A stretch of DNA of 64,000 bases. It comes from an uncultured Candidatus Bathyarchaeia archaeon (GTDB lineage: Archaea > Thermoproteota > Bathyarchaeia > RBG-16-48-13 > JAGMEO01). Position numbers and translations under genes: made by a program. The stretch spans positions 11,768 to 75,767 of the forward strand of contig CAZKBR010000001.1 in assembly GCA_964551465.1 (NCBI GenBank). Direction: 5' to 3'. The stretch's first letter is position 1. Each line of letters opens with the position of its first letter. The notes under the pieces were generated by a model. The model was not told the origin of the DNA, did not search any database, and worked only from the letters and a program-made list of their open reading frames with translations. Below, piece by piece: positions 58,839-64,000 of this stretch.

Positions 58839-61511
58839 TCACCTCTGCCCCTCAAAGTTCCAGAGGAAATGTTCTAATTTTGTGAACCCAGTTATCTCGT
58901 CAAAGTCAATTCCGATAGCATCCAAGACCTGCTCAAAAGTCGACTTGATGTATCCCATATACTTGTCAGCATCGATTTCCTTCACAGAAGCTAACTGCAC
59001 CGGTTTAACTCCCTCCTGGGTCTTTGTCTTTACGAACGAAATTATCTCTCCTGGCTTCACTTCAACCCCGTTCTTTACCAAAAGTTTAGCAGCCTTTACG
59101 TGCTGGGGTGTAGTCTTAGTGTAACTTCCAATAGACTTACTAATCATAACATTGAAAGCCAAATCGTCCAATGAGTATTTTCCATTCTTCAACTTGAAAT
59201 AACACGTCTTCACAACTTCTCTAATCCTAGATTTGGCCTCGTCAAAGTCTTCCGAGGATTTTACCCCCCCAAGAATATTAATCATCTCCGCAAAAGCTAT
59301 TTTCAGAAAGTCCGGTGTATTGCGTTTCTTGCCAGTAAGACCCTTGATGTCAACACTACCACTAGGATACACGCCCAAATAATTCTTCTTCCTACTGGAG
59401 AACGCCGAGTATCTATAGATCTTATCGGTATCGAGATCCATTCCAAGAAAATCTCTAGACCACTCTACAAGCTCGTTTATCTGGGCTTGTGAGGGGTTCT
59501 CTAGGAAAACACTGTCCGTGTCTCCGTAAACAACATCTATGCCTAGAGCCTCGGCTTTGCGAACGGTTTCGGTGATGGCATATCTTCCAATGGCTGCTGT
59601 GCTCTCAGCGACAGGCGGACAATACAAGTCAAAGACCTCTGCTCCGAATACTCCGTAGCTAGCATTCAATATTACTTTTAGACTTTGCTGTATGACGTTA
59701 TACCAGCTTCTCATCGCCGGAGACTGATTCTTGTCCTTCGATTTCGGCTTGTACCAGTTTACACGAAGATCCCTTAGCGTTCCTATTACAAGACTGTTCA
59801 TTCCGAAGCGCTTTTTACAAACCCAGTGTGGAGTACCGGGGATCTTGTTATTCTTACATTCACTGTGTGGACACCGCACCGTCTCATAACTCAAATTCCA
59901 ATGTTTAATGATTGATGGATACAGAGAAGCAAAATCGAGGACGAAAACATTAAAATGAACCCCGGGCTTCGGCTCAATAACGATAGCTCCCCTATATTTC
60001 TTTCCCTCGATGATCGCCTCCGTCGCGGTTGAACCCTTCAGTTCTACGATATCTTCAGGCCTTGGAATCAACCAATTGAGTCTGCGATGCTCAAAGAACA
60101 TCATGCTTCTAATCCAGCGCGACACTCCCTGTCTAGTCACATCTTCGATCGGCATTCGGCTAATTCTTGCAATAGTGATGATTAACTTCATTACAAGGGA
60201 GTCGTCAAATGTTGTCAATTGCATCGTCAGTTCGGCGTCCCTTAGACAGTAGTTTGCGAGTTCAGTATAGGTGAGTTCAGAAATGGGTTTTTCTAATGCA
60301 ATTTTTCCGACATTTAGAATAGCGTTAGCAATCCCATCCAACGTTGCCTCCTTGTATTTTTGACCGAATGCGTAGATCTGAATAGACCTGTTGAGGAAAA
60401 ACCTATAGAGATCTATGTGAACTCCGTACTTGAGGAGGGCAAATACCTCTTCCAATCTTATTGGAATGCTCTCTCTTGGGAAGCCGAGTTTTTCCGCTCG
60501 ATGAAACAAGTATCGAAGATCGAACGAATCTCCATTGAACGTCAAGATTATCGGATATGTAAGTAGAGCCTTGAACACCTCTATTAGCATGTTTTCTTCT
60601 CGGTCGTAGTACTCTATCTTTGCGCCCTGTGGAAGAGTAGTTTCACCCTCACCGATTTCCGGCCGCTTTAGAACTAAAACCCTTTTATTTCCGTCCGAAT
60701 CAACTAGAGAAACCGCAACAATTGGTTCGCTTGCTGTCCTTGGATCAGGAACGCGAGTTGCAACAGGAGAGTAGACCTCGATATCTAAGGCCAATCGAGA
60801 AAACTCTGGAACAGGGCATTCAAGCAGTCTGATCCATCGACCAATGTACGCCTGAAACTCCTTTTCTTCGTTCTTGAAAAGTCTTTCAGGTGCATTGAGG
60901 TCCTTTTTCAGTGTACTACAGTCAATAGGAATTAGCTTTTCTTCCTTGATCACGTATGGGGTTCCAATGCCTAGCTGATGATCGTAAATGTAACTTTCAT
61001 AGTATTTTATGTGTGCCTCCCAAGATTTCTGAATCAGATCCCTTATGGTGCCTGACGGTCTGCCACCAATAGATCTGGGATCTTTGGCAATTATTTTTGT
61101 CATCTCAGTCTCTCTGTCATTGAGCGCATCAAACTTCTCCACTATTTCAAAGCGATCAAAACCCTGATGGTTGACTAAAGCCTTAATTCTTTTCAATTCT
61201 CCTATCGGGGCGTCAGATAGGCAGTACGGTTGATGTTTTGTATTGTCATACCAGAAGTAGATTTTCCGAGATTCAGGCTCATACAACTTCAGGCATGCTA
61301 CACGCCTCTCTCCTTCATAGGTCGCCGAAAGGAGATAAGCCATAGAAAGATTTCTTGGAACATCTGGACTGAAATAGAATTCTTTGGCCTTCTCAGACGT
61401 ATTCTCTCTAATCACTTCACTTCCGACTTCTTTAGAAAGTTCTTCTTCAGTATGCTTGTGCGCGTTACACTGAATACTTAGACTGTCTCTCAATAAAAAA
61501 CATTTTCCCAC
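58839..61511 (-). CDS. polB1: Family B DNA polymerase
   Basis: 890 aa. Exonuclease domain. Polymerase motifs including YGDTDS. Confidence 0.9.
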   Translation of the reverse strand: MGKCFLLRDSLSIQCNAHKHTEEELSKEVGSEVIRENTSEKAKEFYFSPDVPRNLSMAYLLSATYEGERRVACLKLYEPESRKIYFWYDNTKHQPYCLSDAPIGELKRIKALVNHQGFDRFEIVEKFDALNDRETEMTKIIAKDPRSIGGRPSGTIRDLIQKSWEAHIKYYESYIYDHQLGIGTPYVIKEEKLIPIDCSTLKKDLNAPERLFKNEEKEFQAYIGRWIRLLECPVPEFSRLALDIEVYSPVATRVPDPRTASEPIVAVSLVDSDGNKRVLVLKRPEIGEGETTLPQGAKIEYYDREENMLIEVFKALLTYPIILTFNGDSFDLRYLFHRAEKLGFPRESIPIRLEEVFALLKYGVHIDLYRFFLNRSIQIYAFGQKYKEATLDGIANAILNVGKIALEKPISELTYTELANYCLRDAELTMQLTTFDDSLVMKLIITIARISRMPIEDVTRQGVSRWIRSMMFFEHRRLNWLIPRPEDIVELKGSTATEAIIEGKKYRGAIVIEPKPGVHFNVFVLDFASLYPSIIKHWNLSYETVRCPHSECKNNKIPGTPHWVCKKRFGMNSLVIGTLRDLRVNWYKPKSKDKNQSPAMRSWYNVIQQSLKVILNASYGVFGAEVFDLYCPPVAESTAAIGRYAITETVRKAEALGIDVVYGDTDSVFLENPSQAQINELVEWSRDFLGMDLDTDKIYRYSAFSSRKKNYLGVYPSGSVDIKGLTGKKRNTPDFLKIAFAEMINILGGVKSSEDFDEAKSRIREVVKTCYFKLKNGKYSLDDLAFNVMISKSIGSYTKTTPQHVKAAKLLVKNGVEVKPGEIISFVKTKTQEGVKPVQLASVKEIDADKYMGYIKSTFEQVLDAIGIDFDEITGFTKLEHFLWNFEGQR

Positions 61512-61557
61512 CCAATGTGCTTAGAGTGGCGCGCAGCATCGGGTGTTTCTTAACTTA

Positions 61558-63801
61558 TCATGTTTTAAGGGTAAATGGGGAACATTTGTTCGCATAGATA
61601 ATAGCGTAGCCAGACAGACCCAAAGAGGAGTATAAGCCAATTTCATGCGTCAAGAAGAAGTATGGCGTAAACCAACCCTCTTGTTCATCCATAATTTCTA
61701 CGGTGAAAAGAATCTTGCTCTTCTCCTCTGTTGGTAAGCTACCGAGCAGCGAATGGATATACCTTAAGTAGTAATCCCAATTCCTCTGGAGGTTCAAGAA
61801 GTAGAAGCCATGAACCCACGCCTGCGTTCGGACTATGAAAAAGTCAGTGTATGGGATGATCTTTGTGTAGATCTCTAAACAATCCTGACCAAAGAAGTCC
61901 TCTACAACCAAGATTTTTCCTTTGGAATGTAGTTGGCCAGAAACATAATCGAATGCTTCAACATATCCTTCTTCATCCTCGAGGGTATATCTTCCGTTCA
62001 CATTCCCCAGCTCAAAGATTGCGACCCCATCAAAATTAAAGTTTTGGACAATCTTTAGAATGGAATCAGTAAAGTACGTGTAATATTTTGTTCCTTCAAC
62101 CACATCATATTCCTCATCTTCGTGTAAGCTTGCGTATGGAACGATGATGCCGTCGCTTAAAACTTCTGGATGCCTCTCAATAAGCCATGTCGACCTGAAT
62201 CCTTTGTAGTTGTAAACATAATCTGCTCTGAAATAGACTCCTATCAAAACTCTCTTGTTGTGGGCATGGAGTAGCGACACTAGGTCACTGACATCTGACT
62301 GACGCCAGCCCTCGTCAAATCTTACCTTGAAAAACTCTTCTACCTGTGCTGCGGGGACGTATTCTTTATATGTATTTACGAAGTCTGGGCCGAACATAAG
62401 AACTATGGTATCTGCTTGAAATTTTTGGTTGAATTCCTCTATCCCCATGCCCATAACATTTACCGTAAACCCTGCAGCGGGGCTTTCTGGCACGGCGATC
62501 ACTTGAGTTGCGCTCGGAACATTTACTGAAGAAGGAAACGGAGCTAACAGTAGAATGAATACGCTCAAGATCGAAAGTGTAATGGCTGTTCCCTTTCTGC
62601 TTGGTTTAGGAATTTTCCCATCCTTTGATAGAAGATAACGAAAGTATAAGTAGCAAACATATGAGAAGATCGGTGCTAGCGTTATTAGCACCATTGCTAC
62701 GGTTGTGATGAGCGGGATGTTGCCTCTAGAGTTGTAGAAGAAGAAGCCAAGGAAGAAGTTATTAATTGGAAGCAAAAATATGATGAATACTATGTCGAGG
62801 GCGGCCAGTGCGGTAAACAGTTTCTTGCTTTTCGAATCCGTTAGGCAGAAGATGTCCGTGATCGCGTTGGGAACGCACCACAGAAGATAGTGATCATTCA
62901 TCTTTGTCGAGGTGAGAAAAAAAGCTAAAAGGACGGCTAAAACACCTCGATTTAGCCCCTCGAATTTGTCTGTTTTCTCCTCCTTGATCCTAGCTAAAGT
63001 CTTGAGGTATAAAATTCCATACAGAAGAATGAAAATAACGTATCCGTACTCAACTGCGATATAAGTTTCATGAGATATCAAAAACCAATAGGAGAGTTGG
63101 CCTATGTGCTCCGCGTGAAAGAGGATCTGGGTGAGATAGCTTTTGTAATTAAGGATCAAAAATGGAATTGAAAGAACAGCCGTTGGGGCTACGCATATCA
63201 ATAAGTACTTAAGAACATCAAAGAGCCCCTGTTTTCTTTTATATACCATGTAGAAAAAGTATAGAGGAAGGAAAAAGGCTGGGTAGACTTTTAGCGCTGT
63301 ACCAAGTCCTAGGGCAAGCGCGCTTTTCTTATAACTTCCGTTATACAGGTATACTACGGATAAGAACGTCAATAGCATGGGCACTGCGTCGAACATGCCC
63401 CAAATGCTGCCGACCAATATCACAAAGGGGTTTAAAAAATAGAACATAAACGCCTTGGTAGCTGTCTGTTCGTTCCTCGTTCTTTGAAACACAACATCGT
63501 AGATCGCTTGAGCTGCAAAAGCGTCAGCGATTATGATTGGTATTTTCAGAACAAGGACTTCGAAGTATCGATCTGCCGAGAAAAGATAGGAAAAGGCACA
63601 CCAAATCATCCATAATGGTGGGTAAGCATAGTAGCCCCAATACCAGTTCGTTTCTACACCAACGTCATATATGTTTTGACCAGCAAACGCTCTTTCTCCG
63701 ACGTCAATCCAGATCTTGACATCCCAGGGGTGTCCTGTGAATGGAGCAAGGGCAAATCGAACGATCAAACCTATTATGAACGCCTTTGTCTTTCTATTCA
63801 A
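61558..63801 (-). CDS. Large integral membrane protein, possibly GT-C-fold glycosyltransferase-like, with large extracytoplasmic C-terminal domain
   Basis: 747 aa. About 11 N-terminal TM helices. Roughly 330-aa soluble C-terminal domain. Confidence 0.3.
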   Translation of the reverse strand: MNRKTKAFIIGLIVRFALAPFTGHPWDVKIWIDVGERAFAGQNIYDVGVETNWYWGYYAYPPLWMIWCAFSYLFSADRYFEVLVLKIPIIIADAFAAQAIYDVVFQRTRNEQTATKAFMFYFLNPFVILVGSIWGMFDAVPMLLTFLSVVYLYNGSYKKSALALGLGTALKVYPAFFLPLYFFYMVYKRKQGLFDVLKYLLICVAPTAVLSIPFLILNYKSYLTQILFHAEHIGQLSYWFLISHETYIAVEYGYVIFILLYGILYLKTLARIKEEKTDKFEGLNRGVLAVLLAFFLTSTKMNDHYLLWCVPNAITDIFCLTDSKSKKLFTALAALDIVFIIFLLPINNFFLGFFFYNSRGNIPLITTVAMVLITLAPIFSYVCYLYFRYLLSKDGKIPKPSRKGTAITLSILSVFILLLAPFPSSVNVPSATQVIAVPESPAAGFTVNVMGMGIEEFNQKFQADTIVLMFGPDFVNTYKEYVPAAQVEEFFKVRFDEGWRQSDVSDLVSLLHAHNKRVLIGVYFRADYVYNYKGFRSTWLIERHPEVLSDGIIVPYASLHEDEEYDVVEGTKYYTYFTDSILKIVQNFNFDGVAIFELGNVNGRYTLEDEEGYVEAFDYVSGQLHSKGKILVVEDFFGQDCLEIYTKIIPYTDFFIVRTQAWVHGFYFLNLQRNWDYYLRYIHSLLGSLPTEEKSKILFTVEIMDEQEGWFTPYFFLTHEIGLYSSLGLSGYAIIYANKCSPFTLKT

Positions 63802-63814
63802 ATACCTCTTCTTC

Positions 63815-64000
63815 CTAACGTCCTTTTCTTCTACTTTTTTCGATAAAACACAGCGTTTCGTATATCATGTGAGCGGCTTGAACCGATGTCTGCCCCGTGT
63901 CATAGTGTGGGGAAACCTCAACCAAGTCCAAGGCGATAACACGTTGATCACAAACAACATGAAGAATGTCAAGCAACTTGCTGGGAGTCATCCCCTCAGG
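63815..64000 (-). CDS. Arginase/agmatinase-family protein, C-terminal fragment (gene continues beyond window end)
   Basis: Minus-strand translation ...PEGMTPSKLLDILHVVCDQRVIALDLVEVSPHYDTGQTSVQAARMIYETLCF... carries the ureohydrolase DxVEVxP metal-binding signature. Confidence 0.5.
   Translation of the reverse strand, partial: PEGMTPSKLLDILHVVCDQRVIALDLVEVSPHYDTGQTSVQAAHMIYETLCFIEKSRRKGR

Overview
This is an archaeal chromosomal window of about 47% GC, coding on both strands. It carries one replication origin and several conserved gene clusters. The origin lies at about 54.9-55.4 kb. Two inverted ORB elements (TCCAGTGGAAA followed by a G-string) flank an A/T-rich unwinding element, with further degenerate ORB copies. 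It sits next to orc1/cdc6, a DUF99 gene and the PolD small subunit. Replisome genes are dense across the window: PolD large subunit, PolB, PriS, PriL, GINS15, PCNA, a 148-aa SSB, a four-OB-fold RPA, NreA, RadB, topoisomerase VI A/B and Alba. PolD, Topo VI and Alba together with a Sulfolobus-like SSB point to a TACK-like, non-Thermoprotei lineage; this is inference only. Other clusters are: an rRNA/tRNA-modification group (fibrillarin, Nop56/58, Elp3); a translation/ribosome-biogenesis super-operon (Nop10, aIF2alpha, S27e, L44e; aIF1A, Rio1, KH/Dim2); the alternative archaeal mevalonate-pathway module (UbiD-like decarboxylase with AcnX small and large subunits); lipid and glycosylation genes (GGGP synthase, a putative CDP-archaeol synthase, AglB); and a BMP-family ABC nucleoside/sugar importer. 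One intron-containing tRNA is present at 36030-36170. Observations that merit a second look: the multi-ORB origin and its flanking wHTH and nucleotidyltransferase genes; a 567-aa nucleotidyltransferase/eukaryotic-like-kinase fusion; an array of about eight helically phased 10-bp ACTGGAAY repeats just upstream of a small AbrB-like gene; an approximately 1.9-kb island of about 30% GC around a small HTH protein; an unannotated zinc-ribbon micro-ORF upstream of aglB; and SSB and RPA both encoded in one locus. I found no CRISPR arrays, transposases or integrases.
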